Made by a program: the position numbers and the translations under genes. A stretch of DNA of 57,909 nt. Source: Octopus bimaculoides (lineage: Eukaryota). Position 1 is the stretch's first letter, and each line of letters opens with the position of its first letter. The stretch is from NCBI RefSeq assembly GCF_001194135.2, contig NC_069005.1:76850-134758 (forward strand), given 5' to 3'. Positions 38,222 to 52,500 of this stretch are shown one piece after another. The notes beneath the pieces were generated by a model. That model was not told where the DNA came from, did no database searches, and worked only from the letters and a program-made list of their open reading frames with translations.

Positions 38222-41200
38222 NNNNNNNNNNNNNNNNNNNNNNNNNNNNNNNNNNNNNNNNNNNNNNNNNNNNNNNNNNNNNNNNNNNNNNNNNNNNNNN
38301 NNNNNNNNNNNNNNNNNNNNNNNNNNNNNNNNNNNNNNNNNNNNNNNNNNNNNNNNNNNNNNNNNNNNNNNNNNNNNNNNNNNNNNNNNNNNNNNNNNNN
38401 NNNNNNNNNNNNNNNNNNNNNNNNNNNNNNNNNNNNNNNNNNNNNNNNNNNNNNNNNNNNNNNNNNNNNNNNNNNNNNNNNNNNNNNNNNNNNNNNNNNN
38501 NNNNNNNNNNNNNNNNNNNNNNNNNNNNNNNNNNNNNNNNNNNNNNNNNNNNNNNNNNNNNNNNNNNNNNNNNNNNNNNNNNNNNNNNNNNNNNNNNNNN
38601 NNNNNNNNNNNNNNNNNNNNNNNNNNNNNNNNNNNNNNNNNNNNNNNNNNNNNNNNNNNNNNNNNNNNNNNNNNNNNNNNNNNNNNNNNNNNNNNNNNNN
38701 NNNNNNNNNNNNNNNNNNNNNNNNNNNNNNNNNNNNNNNNNNNNNNNNNNNNNNNNNNNNNNNNNNNNNNNNNNNNNNNNNNNNNNNNNNNNNNNNNNNN
38801 NNNNNNNNNNNNNNNNNNNNNNNNNNNNNNNNNNNNNNNNNNNNNNNNNNNNNNNNNNNNNNNNNNNNNNNNNNNNNNNNNNNNNNNNNNNNNNNNNNNG
38901 GGGGGAAGAGAGAGAGGGGGGGGAAGAGGTCATAAAAATGACGGAGGGTGCTGGCCAGCACTGTTTACCCTAAAATAAGAGTTGAATTAACTCCAAAGCT
39001 AAAAAAATCATTCTCAGTGATTGACAAAGGGAGGTAAGACCTTATCGTATGAAGCCGGATCACGATTTCAAATCCTGGTGCTGATACCTTAATTCTCATC
39101 AGCGCCTCTTAATGCCTAGGGTTAAACTTAACTTCCTCTATCAATCATATAAGAAAGAACATGATTCAAATAATGCAAAGAAGTCAGTTGTTATGGAGAA
39201 GATGCATGATCGTCAAAAATGGTTCCCCAACTGTGATTAAACCACCGGACTCCAGAGGCTCATATATCTATCTCTACATTTTCTAAATTTTATGTTGTAA
39301 TTTGTAGGAACTTGTTCGTTATATCTTGTTCGTTGTTTAACCCCCAATGAATCAGCTTTTGGTGCATTGAAGATCGCATAAACACAAGACGAGTGTCTTA
39401 AAATTTGTGAGATGAATCCGACTTGTGTTGAAAGAAAAAATGTTTGTGTTTGAATTATCCTTGAACTGCTGATGTTGTACACTAGAGATCAATTTATTTC
39501 CTCGTAAACAACATTTGTGTTCATTTAAATTTAAAATTAGCTCCAAACATGCCTTGAATATCCAATTTCGTAAAAATTCTTGAATCCACAATCACATTAT
39601 GATAAAAAAAAAGAGCAAACGTGGATTTTGACACTATTTATATGTTCGTTGTTGAAAGTACGTGGGCTGTAGATACGGAAGTATGCTTGTTTGCATATTT
39701 AAGAGGTAACGAGGAGGGAGTAACGTTTTCCTAACAAAGGACATTGTGAGATGTTGTGCAACATAAATATAGCAACAAAATAACCAAAATAACAACGTCA
39801 CCCAATATTCTTGTAGCACTGAAGAGTATCTTTAGTATTTCGCCTACAAACCCCTTTCAAGATCTAACAAAGGCCCTCAACTAGATTCCCACATGGATGT
39901 TATATTAATTACAAGAAAAGGAACGGTGTCCCTTACTTTTACAAGTCGCGTGAGAACTGCTGGGATTAATGCTTTTCAGCGACGTTTCGAATATCTGGTG
40001 AAGGGGAGGGAAAATCAGCTTTAGCTGGGAGAGAAACGTGGGCGGCGGAGAAATTCTAGATCACATTTCTAGAGAAGAATGTTTGGAAGGAAATGTTTAG
40101 GGCACAAATTTCTTCAAAGTGAGATTCATTGGAGAGAAGGAGAGATATGTTGCACGAGTTGAAAGTGTAAGCAAATAGCTTTGTTTAGAGGAGCAAAGAC
40201 CATTGTGGTGCCAATTGAAGAATCAGAGAGAAGGTATAGACGGTCATTGAGTAAGTAACCCTAACAGGTTGATGAGTACATCTTAGTCACATGAATGTTC
40301 TTTTAAATACTACTAAAGATATCTGGGAGTATAGCAACGACACTGTCTGCAATGTTTCAGATATGTGAAGAAGAATCTTACATTGTAAAGGAACACTCCC
40401 CCACCCCCGGAATCAGAGCTGACATAAAACATGAATTTTAAAACAGAACTGAAAATAAAACCATGATTCACACTATTAAACACGTTAAGAAAACTAAATT
40501 TCTATGAAATTTGTTGTGAATGAATAAAAGTGGTACATGTAGAGACACTACTGCACTCAACGCAAAGAAAAACAGAATCAGTTCTGCTTAATATAAAGCT
40601 AGATTTTGGCAATTGCAAATGTTATTTTCGTGACTAAAAGAAGAAATGATCGTTTACCAATAACTCTTGGCTATTTGCCACACTAATTTCCTTCCAAAGT
40701 AATATTTTAAGTAATAATGTAAGGGTGATGCGTATCAATTCAAGTTTTCAAAATAATTTCATGAAAGAATTGCAAAGAGTTTGCTTTGAAATTGAAAATC
40801 ACTATGATTTCCAAGCATCTCTCTCTAATCATAATGACCGACATAAATGTTGGTTGCTTTGCGTGGTTGGTTGTTTGATTTCTCCAGTCACGCTTTATGT
40901 CGTATAGAGGAAGATAGAAAGTGTAAAAGAGAAGATAGAGATAGTATAAAGGAAACAGGATGAGTGCAATTAGTTGGCTTGATGGCAGGTAACAAATAAA
41001 GAACACAATACCCCACAACACACACAGGTAGAGGAGGAGGGAGAGGGAGAAATGACAAATTAGTAAGGGGAGGAGATATGCGTAAATTCCAGATTTGTTT
41101 TACTTAATTGGAAAGTAATAGATATTTTTCTTTGAAAATTAGAATTAATTGTACTATTAAATTTGATAAAAGTTATAATATTTGTATGTAAGCCGTATTT

Positions 41201-41916
41201 TCTGGTGTTACTCATGGTGGTAAAAGAGTATATCCAAAGTTGCCAATCACGTGACAGAAAACACTCCGGTTGTTAATATGCTTTAGGATCGAATTCTTTC
41301 GAAGAACCTCTTCGAAAGCTTTTCCTTACTTTCTTTAAATATATATTTATATCGATATTGTATCGCGTATTTCGGGAACAATAACCATCGTTGGATTTAG
41401 GTGTTAGGTGGGTCAGTTAATCTTATTTGTCTTGTAATCCTATCTATTTGCAACTCTTTGTTTTTCTACTTTATATTAAGAGCCTTTATGGGTTTTGTTT
41501 TTCTTGGTCGTAATAGCACGAGTGTCTCATTAATTTTACAGTAGTTGCGTTGTGGCATTTTTATTTTTTTCCAGAATAATTAACAGTAGCGCTCGTCTTA
41601 CGTCAATAATGTTGGTTCGTTTTACGAAATCAACTCATTAATTTACCATAGTATTTATTTCATTGTTAAATAATTTGAATGTCGTTGGGCTGGTATTTTA
41701 CTCCCAGTCACATAACACACACTTGTCTTTCTCGTGCACGAAGTCAGTTATGTGATTCGTGCATCGCGTTTGGTTTTGTGTGCAAAAATAGTTTTAAAAA
41801 AACACAATTGTTTTATGTTTTAATCCATTGCTCTTTGATATTAATGAGACTGCAACATGATATGATAGCATGCATTTCGGAATATCACGGCAGCTACTAA
41901 ATGATAATGTGTGTAT

Positions 41917-41990
<74 letters not shown>

Positions 41991-42229
41991 TATGTATACA
42001 TGTTCATGTATATATGCAGAATGGAGTCTATTGTCAGGGCTATTTGATGTATTCCTCAGTTTTTGAGTGTTATCTTTTTTTAGATTTGTTGATGAATGGG
42101 ATCAGATAAAGATCTGATCCCATCCTCATCCTTTGTTTTTTTTTTTAATTTTATTAATTTATTATATTTCAGGACAGAATGCATCAAGAAACCCAAAAAA
42201 TACTGGCGTAATTCAGTAATCACTTGTGA

Positions 42230-42445
42230 AACGAGTGGCTGAGTCGGATGCGAAATAGTCGTCAGACGATTGGCGGACAGTAGGATTCCTTCTAATATTT
42301 GGTTACATGACATGTTTGAAATTGCTATTCCTCTCAGGTCCATTTTGACTTTCATCCTTCTGAGGTTATAGAATAAGTGGTGGAGTCGATATAATCTATT
42401 TTCCTAGCCACAAGTCCAATGCCTGAAAGCAATAATCGATCAAAA
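42230..42445 (+). mobile_element. Degenerate SINE family A
   Basis: ...ttttgactttcatccttctgaggttatagaataagt...ggagtcgatataatc, collinear with the 1444 copy. Confidence 0.55.
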
Positions 42446-43465
42446 AAACAACAACAAAGAATCATCATTTGCATGCTTTCACTGCGTAATCAAATGCAGC
42501 TCTTTTTAGTTTGGATTCGGGTTAGATTCTATGTTTTCTGTTATTCTTCACTATCTTTTCATATATTATCATCTTCTATGTTTTGTATCTTTTATCAGAT
42601 GCTATTTTCTTTCTCTATTGTATTCTCCATAATATGGAGGCAGCGTCGACTTCTGCTGGTTTCTCTATTTTCTCTTCTGTATTTGCATACACCCTGGATT
42701 TTCGATTATGTCTATTTTACTCTCATTTTTTATTATTATTATTGTAACCAGGAATCTATTATGATAGAGACTTCATCGGTTTTTTATGCCCTCCCCAACT
42801 CATATTCAGGATATCTTGATTTCCATGTTTTCTTATTTGAATAGTTTCACCATTTACTTCGATGAAATATTGAAATGACAGATCCATTAGAAGACATTCC
42901 TTAATAGTGGTGGACTTTGTTAATATTTTTCAAGCAAGTTATCTTAATCTCCATACTCATAGGTATCGGTAAATCTTAGAAAATGTCGCCTTTGTCGTTC
43001 TCGGAGAAATTTTCTGTGCGTCTTCTCATAGCATTTCCTTTTCCTGTTTCTTCACAGCCACAAAAAATGCTGCAGTTATTTCATTTTTAATCTAATTGAA
43101 TTCCAATTGTCAAGTGCACACATGGATGTAAAGAAACTCCTTTTTGCAATTAAGTGGTTTGGGATTGAAATCCTACTGCCTGACATCTTGGGGAAGAGGC
43201 TGACCAATGCGTTGTGAGTGAATTTCGTCAATACCTCAAATGTAAAATTTTTCCCCGAAGACGGAAGCTGGTATTATCCAATAACGTAATCAATTTGCAC
43301 TCATTATTTGGGACCAACAAGCCCCCAGAAGCAGCTGCAGGACTCATAAAACCCTTTAATTCCTGATATCATTTTTATTCTGTGTAAGTCGGACATTTTT
43401 ATATGTAAACATTTTTTGTATTAAATGTATTTAATATTTTTTGTATATCGACTTGCCTAACTTAC

Positions 43466-43557
43466 CTGTCCTTACATCTAAATTTATATATATATTGATA
43501 GAAAGGACAACAAAAGAAAGAAAGTGACCTTGATATTATGTAAATAGAGGAATTTAT
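43466..43557 (-). other. Candidate exon (92 nt), open frame INSSIYIISRSLSFFCCPFYQYIYKFRCKD(R)
   Basis: Acceptor gtcatatttttacag| and donor CAG|gtaagt. No recognised homology; very AT-rich. Confidence 0.25.
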
Positions 43558-45724
43558 CTGTAAAAATATGACAACAGCTAAAGACCTCAAAATTGTGCGA
43601 CTCGATCTTGTTTTTGTAGTAAAAAAAGAGTTGTGCAAAAAACATACTTTATTTGGCAGCCGAACAATTACTGAATCTTTTGATATCTCATACGTCAAAG
43701 TTGGCAACTCAGTTTTGGAATCCATAAGGAACATATGCGTGCGCACACACACACACAAATTCTATTTTATATATATAGATGAATACTCACGTATAAGCAT
43801 ATATGTATTTATATATTTACAAAATAAATAAATTTACATGGAGTATACAAAATACAGACAACAAAGGGGAGAAGGCATAGTATTTTAAGTCTGGCACGTG
43901 TTTCCACTAGAGGATACATACAAGCATTACGTAACACCGACCTACTTCGTCTGGGTAGAAAGATCGGCAAATAGCGGTTCACGTCATTGTGCGAGAAAAG
44001 TGAAGGTTGAAATAGTAGAAGAGGAAGGGGAATAAAAGCAGGTACAGGGGGATGTCGGTTGTTGCCATGAAGCATTTTGACCAGCGTGCTAACGATTGTC
44101 AGCTTGCCGCCTTAAATAAGTGCGTGCGTGCGTGCGTGCGTGCGTGCGTGTGTGTGTGTCATAGTAACAGCATTTACAGCTGAGATTTTGCATCACTGTT
44201 ATTCCAGGCTCTGTGTTAGCGATTTCCCAAACAACTAAAGACTAGAATGAAATTTTTTTCAAGCCTCCATAGGTGCATGGGTCCTGTAGAAGCCTGTCAT
44301 TTATAATTAAGCTTTTACTTTTACCGAAATGGCAAGAGTAAACACTGGTGAGTTTTTTAAATTTATAATTTTAATTTCATAATGGTTATTAAAAGTGTTT
44401 ATATAATGAGTGTTTTAACCTAATGCTTCTGTTTACATACATGCATGCATACACACCCACACAAACATATATACACGTATGTATGTATGTATTCTAGTTG
44501 TTAAAAATATCAGAAAATCGAAGTCTAAATTTACAGAAAGGGTTACAGTTACATTTACTGTTTCACCAGTAAAACTATTCAAGCACTTGCTCACAACATA
44601 AATATCCTTTCTATCTAATCTCCTGTTCCCCTAGGCATTAATTTTCAACCATTATATTTGACTATAAACCTTTCCTTTGTCCAGTTTATTTTATCACCAT
44701 TTTCCTTCATTAAAATGCTGAACAGTAAAAGATTCCACTGAAAGTTTCTTCTATAATTTATAACATGTCGTTCTTTCAAATATTTATTCTCATTTATTAA
44801 CATTTACAAGTTCGCCCACAATGCACCAAATTCATTTGCTGAGTCAAACTCCAATTTATGCTTTCATTTTCCCCATTCTTCTAGTTTTCATTTCTCGGGA
44901 ATAAAATATGCACTTTTCAGCGCTTTTACATTCAGGAATTTCCATCTCTCTCTCTCTCTNNNNNNNNNNNNNNNNNNNNNNNNNNNNNNNNNNNNNNNNN
45001 NNNNNNNNNNNNNNNNNNNNNNNNNNNNNNNNNNNNNNNNNNNNNNNNNNNNNNNNNNNNNNNNNNNNNNNNNNNNNNNNNNNNNNNNNNNNNNNNNNNN
45101 NNNNNNNNNNNNNNNNNNNNNNNNNNNNNNNNNNNNNNNNNNNNNNNNNNNNNNNNNNNNNNNNNNNNNNNNNNNNNNNNNNNNNNNNNNNNNNNNNNNN
45201 NNNNNNNNNNNNNNNNNNNNNNNNNNNNNNNNNNNNNNNNNNNNNNNNNNNNNNNNNNNNNNNNNNNNNNNNNNNNNNNNNNNNNNNNNNNNNNNNNNNN
45301 NNNNNNNNNNNNNNNNNNNNNNNNNNNNNNNNNNNNNNNNNNNNNNNNNNNNNNNNNNNNNNNNNNNNNNNNNNNNNNNNNNNNNNNNNNNNNNNNNNNN
45401 NNNNNNNNNNNNNNNNNNNNNNNNNNNNNNNNNNNNNNNNNNNNNNNNNNNNNNNNNNNNNNNNNNNNNNNNNNNNNNNNNNNNNNNNNNNNNNNNNNNN
45501 NNNNNNNNNNNNNNNNNNNNNNNNNNNNNNNNNNNNNNNGACGAAGATATTTTGGCAAATTAAATTTAAATGTTGAAGTGAATCTAACGGTTTTTGTGTG
45601 TTTCTTAAACGGCATATAAACACCTTCCACGCTGCAATTGTTTAAAATCATAGTTCCATTGACTAATAAAAAAGAAATATAGAATAAAAGTACCTGTTAA
45701 AAGAACCTGTTAAGTTTTTGTTTG

Positions 45725-46375
45725 CTAGTTGAAAAAAAATAGAAGAATATCTGAAAATTAGAGTCTGGACACAGCAAACGGTCGTGTGTGATATGCATGG
45801 GTGGTCATTTTTCTCCTAGGGCAACAAAATAGATACGTTAAATATTCATGCTTTTTAGGTGTGTAGGACAGCAAAGACAGGGGGGAAAACATTGAGTGAT
45901 CAAAGAATGGCCGCTACGAATGTTTGAATGCGGTTGAAGAGTCTTTAGTTCAATCGGTAGAAATCATCTTACGTCCCCTCCATATCAAACCAGGCATTAT
46001 GAAGCAGTTTATTAAACATCTACTTAAAGATGGACCATGCTTTCTAAGGAATCTGCGGAATATCTCCGCAGTGAAAATTTGAAAACAAGAGCATTTGATG
46101 AGCCTCACTTCATAAAATAGATGAAAGACGGGAATTTTGTAAATTCAATGAGTTATATTGAAGAACATTCTGGGCAACAAGAAAGCAACCAATTCTGCCA
46201 AAATAGTTGAGGGCAAATATGAGCATAAAGTTGCACTAGCTGCGCAGTCAACTTGGCTGGCAATTGCTGAAACTTGGTTTGTGATCTTTCTGAAGTTCAA
46301 CACTTAGAAAAATTATCCAAATGGCAATTCATGGGAAATTAGTCATTAACAATGACGTAATTAGTCTGTAGAAAT
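45725..46375 (+). mobile_element. Chapaev3-like (CMC superfamily) transposase pseudogene
   Basis: IFLLGQQNRYVKYSCFLGV*DSKDR, IILRPLHIKPGIMKQFIKHLLKDGPCF, NILGNKKATN and NMSIKLH match the LLGQQxGYTKYPCFLC..LPPLHIKLGLMKQFVKAL..NFLGNxK..NMSIKxH family in the expected order. Confidence 0.85.
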
Positions 46376-47904
46376 TACAAGATTTTTTTCTAGTTTTTAA
46401 TAGAATTTTCATAGAACATTCTGCTTTTGAAGGAAAACCAATTTCTAAGTATGTTTCTATGTTATACCTAGTTCCTCATAAGCTGGTTTTTTCCTATGTT
46501 TTAAAAGAAAAATGAAAATCTATGGATTCAGTATTTTAAAATTTTGACGTGCTGTTAATAAATGGATGTCATTTTCGGATTAATTCTCTCAACAAACATC
46601 TGGTTCATGTCGAAATTGTTTGATAACAGTGAAAAAATTTTTTGTTGGCCTGTGTTATCGAAATACTATCTTGAGCGACAGAGAGCGTACAATATATGTG
46701 TGTGTGTTTGTGTGTACATACATACAAGGTATTTGCCTCAAGTGTCCTCGATCATGGATATGAATTCAAAATGTGGATATACATAAAGAAGCTGATTTAT
46801 GTTTCCTATTGAAACAGTAAAATTTATTCCCCTATAAAAGACGAATATCTCCCTGGACCCTGACATTTATTCTCCTAATATACACACCCATTTCATCTGC
46901 TTACAATGCTTCACATTTACCTAATTATTTCTTTCGTTTCCATTCATTCTTATCACCCATTATTCTTCCTTATCTTTCTTTCCAATGCTGAACGATAAAA
47001 CTTCCTACTTCAAATACATCCATTGTTTATCTTCAAAAGCAGACTTTTGAAGATATTATAACTTTGTTCCTAGAAGTGTTTTTTTTTTTTTTTGTATTTT
47101 TACTCCTTTTCTATGAATCAACCTATTTTTATAGGATAAAAAAAAAAACAGAATTTAAATTTCTCTCGCTCTCCTTCATTTTCATTCCTCATTTTCCAAA
47201 TAAACAGAACAATCGCTTACAGTTCCTCCAGCACTCTTCTATCTGAGTCACTTGCCGATAACGCATTTATTTTGGTTTCCTTTTTCTTTTTTTATCATTG
47301 GTTTCATATTTATTTTTTATTTTTTTTCATTTTATTTTTAAACTCTAGTTCCCTATATTTTTAATTATTGTAATTAATACATACACCATAGTCTTTCAAT
47401 CAATATTTTATATTAACATTTTTTTGCAAATTCCTTCACTATTTCCCCATAATTTATCAACCAAACCCCACAAACATACGTCACCCAGTCTCTTCTGAAA
47501 ACTTGAAACAAGTCTCAGATACTTTCATTTCTCATACTAGACTCTCTCCCCGCTTAGTGCCATACTTCCACCACGATATTCAATACTTAAGCACACACTT
47601 TATTCCTAATTTGTTATCCTTATTTACTGTTTCATTATCTGCGATTAATTTAACAAAATATACATTTTTTTTTCCATTTACTAAATTTGATCAGTTACCT
47701 GGGTTTGCACGCTATTCTAATCTGACAGTTCTATCCCAATTTTATTATCAGACCAAACATTAGGAAATACAATTTCTTCTTATAATCGCCCTCTTTCATT
47801 TATGATTCGTTCACATACTCTCTTACATACATACACACACACACACACGCTCATATATATGTGTATATACACATGTGTGTGTGTGTGTGTGTGTAAATAT
47901 ATGT

Positions 47905-48170
47905 CATTACGGGGGATATAAACACACGAACACAGGTTGTCAAGCGGTGGTGGAGGTTAAACAGAGACTGAAGCACGCACACACACTCACACCTACATAT
48001 AGATATACGGTGGAATTTTTTGCAGTTTCCGTCTACCAAACCCACTCAGAAAGCTTTGTTCGACCCGAGGTTATATTAGAAGACACTTGCCCAAATTGAC
48101 ATGCAGTGGAACTGAACTCAGAACCATGTGGTTGGGAAGAAAGCATCTTACCGCCACACAGCCGCTACTA
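47905..48170 (-). mobile_element. SINE family B 5' portion, reverse orientation
   Basis: cagtttccgtctaccaaacccactc...ttagaagacacttgcccaa...gcagtggaactgaactcagaaccatgtggttgggaag...cacacagcc. Confidence 0.88.
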
Positions 48171-48743
48171 TTTGCGGCTTTAGGCATTGGAGAGCCACCT
48201 CCACCGACTTGCATCAAAGCCATACTTTTACATTGTGCGTCTATCAGATCTTGTTGTTAGGAGAATGTCCCGGGAGGAAATAAAAAAAGAAAAAAAGTGT
48301 GTATGCGGGAAGGGTCACGAGGGAAGATATGTGAGGGGAGGGGAATCAAGAGGGTAAATACGTATAATGATAGGAGGGAGAAAGGGAAGGAGGGGAGGTA
48401 AACGAAGAGAAGAATCGGAAGAAGGAAAGGAAAAAGGGGAGAGGGAGAAGTAAATACGTATAGGCATGTTGCTCTTGTGCTCATAAGCAACACTTGTGTG
48501 TTTGATGATTTGTGATATGATTACTGTGCCAGACCATAATATCTCAGCCGTATCGCCACAAATATTCCCTTTGATGCAATACTTATGAAGGCACAAATTT
48601 CTCCATAAAAGTCACTGGTTGGCCGTCGTCTGTTTCCAATTGATTAGTAATAAATACGTGAACATAGATATATATTTTTTTTTACAAATCACAGCAGTAT
48701 TGACAAATATTATTGTAATACCCACCCAACACCCCAAACACAT

Positions 48744-48777
<34 letters not shown>

Positions 48778-50458
48778 NNNNNNNNNNNNNNNNNNNNNNN
48801 NNNNNNNNNNNNNNNNNNNNNNNNNNNNNNNNNNNNNNNNNNNNNNNNNNNNNNNNNNNNNNNNNNNNNNNNNNNNNNNNNNNNNNNNNNNNNNNNNNNN
48901 NNNNNNNNNNNNNNNNNNNNNNNNNNNNNNNNNNNNNNNNNNNNNNNNNNNNNNNNNNNNNNNNNNNNNNNNNNNNNNNNNNNNNNNNNNNNNNNNNNNN
49001 NNNNNNNNNNNNNNNNNNNNNNNNNNNNNNNNNNNNNNNNNNNNNNNNNNNNNNNNNNNNNNNNNNNNNNNNNNNNNNNNNNNNNNNNNNNNNNNNNNNN
49101 NNNNNNNNNNNNNNNNNNNNNNNNNNNNNNNNNNNNNNNNNNNNNNNNNNNNNNNNNNNNNNNNNNNNNNNNNNNNNNNNNNNNNNNNNNNNNNNNNNNN
49201 NNNNNNNNNNNNNNNNNNNNNNNNNNNNNNNNNNNNNNNNNNNNNNNNNNNNNNNNNNNNNNNNNNNNNNNNNNNNNNNNNNNNNNNNNNNNNNNNNNNN
49301 NNNNNNNNNNNNNNNNNNNNNNNNNNNNNNNNNNNNNNNNNNNNNNNNNNNNNNNNNNNNNNNNNNNNNNNNNNNNNNNNNNNNNNNNNNNNNNNNNNNN
49401 NNNNNNNNNNNNNNNNNNNNNNNNNNNNNNNNNNNNNNNNNNNNNNNNNNNNNNNNNNNNNNNNNNNNNNNNNNNNNNNNNNNNNNNNNNNNNNNNNNNN
49501 NNNNNNNNNNNNNNNNNNNNNNNNNNNNNNNNNNNNNNNNNNNNNNNNNNNNNNNNNNNNNNNNNNNNNNNNNNNNNNNNNNNNNNNNNNNNNNNNNNNN
49601 NNNNNNNNNNNNNNNNNNNNNNNNNNNNNNNNNNNNNNNNNNNNNNNNNNNNNNNNNNNNNNNNNNNNNNNNNNNNNNNNNNNNNNNNNNNNNNNNNNNN
49701 NNNNNNNNNNNNNNNNNNNNNNNNNNNNNNNNNNNNNNNNCTCTCTCTCTCTCTCTCTTTCTCCCTCTCACTTTTCCCCTCTTTTTTTAAATCTCCATCT
49801 ATCTAGACGTAAGTATACATATCTGTATGTATATGTGTGGATATGTATTTGTATATATGTATGTGTGTATGCATATTTACTTACGTATATATATATATAT
49901 ATATATCATACAAATAAGGAGAAAGTGATGCAGAACAAAGTTGCAAAGGTGAATACTTTTCCCTTTTATGCACGAGACACTTTCAAAGTATTATTGTGAA
50001 ATATTCTTTATAAAAGAATAATCAAATGAAATAATTGCTTCACTACAATAGCAAACGCACCTGCTAAAACCTTTCTCAATACAATTTATCTGATTTGTTT
50101 CTGAAGTGTTGAACAGCAAATTGATTTTCGAACATTTGTCTATCGAAGTTTTTGTTATTTCTTTCTCTTCTATTCATCAATGGTTTTCGTTGCCTTAAAA
50201 CTGCAACAAAACTCGGAAGTCGTTTAAACTGAAAGTTTCAATGAAATTCTAATATATTGAATCTAATTTCTCATTTTTCAAATGTAAAAACTTACGAGGT
50301 GAGAATGAAGATCCTATTTGTTGCAAAAACAAAGCAGAAAAGAATAAAGAAAAATTCCACGCTTGCTTTGCTTCGGTAATTTTATTACTGTTTGCAGCGT
50401 TATGTTCGCTAATGGTAGACCTAATGAGTAGGACAGTTATTTTATGGACATACATATA

Positions 50459-50497
<39 letters not shown>

Positions 50498-50502
<5 letters not shown>

Positions 50503-50760
50503 TACGTGGCCTAGTGGTTAGAGTGTTTTATTCACGATCATAAGATGGTAATTTCGAACTCAGCAGTGTGCGTTGCGCTGTCTTCTTGAGAGAAACTCTT
50601 TATCTCACGATGCTCTGCGTTCACTTCGATAACCGAGGTGCAGCACACCGTACTCCTGCACAATCAATGCCGATTTGAAGCAGGAGTCTAATGTACATCA
50701 TAATATCACAAACATTTGATCATTGAAAACTATTTGTGCAAGTTATTCAGCAAGAAGTTT
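50498..50760 (+). mobile_element. Degenerate SINE family C
   Basis: gtggcctagtggttagagtgttttattcacgatcataagatggtaatttcgaactc...cttgagagaaactctttatctcacg, with a tRNA-like head. Confidence 0.75.
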
Positions 50761-52109
50761 ACAATAGAGGAAACCGTTGAAAGCACGTGGTTGGATTATA
50801 AAAGACAAAAAAGAGTGAAAAAACTACAGAAGGCTTGTGTTATATGGTTTAAGTATATATTTAAATCGTTATGTTAGAAAAATGTTAGAAAAATGTTAGA
50901 AAATTTTGAGTATAGTAACTATACTCACACTCAATATTGTTGGAATCATTTCATGTTTTTGGCTTTTAAACAACCCATGAGCAAATTCCTGTCTAGTAAA
51001 TACTTCGATTATTTCCGTTGACAGAGTTTTCACCTCAAAATATTACATCTGTAAGACTCTCCACTTCCTGGTAATGTAGTATTAGTTACACATAAGCTAC
51101 AAGACCTTTATGGTTTGGACATTTTTGATCGCAGTCCTTAAGACTGACCTACGAATAAGGGATACTAATTGGTACAATGGAGTCGAGCCCCAGTGGTCGT
51201 CGGGTCCTTGTATTACATATTCTTCAGATGAATGAAAAGCTATGCCGTGTTTGGTGGAATCTGGTGAAATTTGAACATGAAGCATGAGACTGACATCTTT
51301 TACGTCATACGAATGTGATTGTATGCTATACGAGTGTATAATAAGCTTTTATAGATGAGTGTCCTTTTAATATGATGCTTCAAGATACGCATCGCAGTTC
51401 TCGATACACACAAACATACATGTACAAACACTGACCGCTCTACACACGTGCAAAGACTCACGCCCACTCATACACATATGTGTATACACATATAACACAC
51501 GCATATATTGTTGCTATTCTTCTCTCATCAGCGTAATCTCCTTAACATTGATCGATTTAGCTACAAGGTCGATGTCCTTTGGTGCTGATGGTTAACAACT
51601 GAATTAGGCATCGCTTGTTTGGTAACAATTTTGGAAACATTGTCTATGGAATTGATTCAATGTGAGAAAGTGGATTTTTTGTGTTCCAAAAAATGGGTTT
51701 CTATTGTCATGTTATCTATTTATTTATTTCTGAGAATGTAAGTATTTTTCTTGTTATTTTTTTGTTATTTATATTGATGTTTCAATTTTACCCCAATTTA
51801 AATAGGAAAAACAATTACGAGACAAAGTAATTTTTTTTTAAATGATTCAAGTAATTGGAAAAAAAGCTTAACTAGAAAAACAAACAAGAATTCCTTTTTT
51901 TCTGTCTTAGATGGTTGACATTGTTATTGCGGCTGCTGTTGCTGCTATAGCTGTTGCCACTGTTGTTGTTGTTGTTGCCAATGATGTACTTGTTAATAGA
52001 AAAATATATTTATCTCACTCGTAAATAGCATCTTCATCCTTGTCTTTGTTTCTTTTGACAATCTTTCTTATTTGGTTTTGTTGTTTTTATTCAAGACTAT
52101 TTTTTTATT

Positions 52110-52500
52110 TTGGCAGATTCCTTAGATCGGCAGAGAAATTGCTTAGCGTACTTCTTCCGGCTCTTTACATTCTGAGTTCAAATTACACTGAGATTAACTT
52201 TGCATTTAATCCGTCCCAGCGTTGATAAAATAGTCTACCAGCAAGTGTAGTGATTGATAGTATCGATTTATGCCTTCTACAAAATTTACTGGTTTTGAGC
52301 CATAATTGTAAACCATTAAAAATGGCGAGTGGGCAGAATCTGCAGAGCATTGGAGAAAATGCCTTGTGGTAGCTGTACCGGTTGTTTACGTTCTGATTTC
52401 AAATTACGCTACGTTTAACTTGGCCTTTACCCCTTTCGGGGGTCCACGGTATTGACTAAGCCAACTTCACTTAAAATTACAGGCCTTGTGTCAATTGAGT
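52110..52500 (+). mobile_element. Two tandem SINE family A copies
   Basis: Each carries ..ttacattctgagttcaaattac / ttacgttctgatttcaaattac and the downstream tail blocks. Confidence 0.75.

Noticed and set aside
39237-39482. Possible GIY-YIG remnant (CVYAIF...RYNEQ)
   Set aside because: Resemblance too weak to call without a profile search.
39860-40440. Possible CR1/L2 remnant (similar purine-skewed tracts at 44560-44940 and 46800-47800)
   Set aside because: Could not recover diagnostic motifs by hand.
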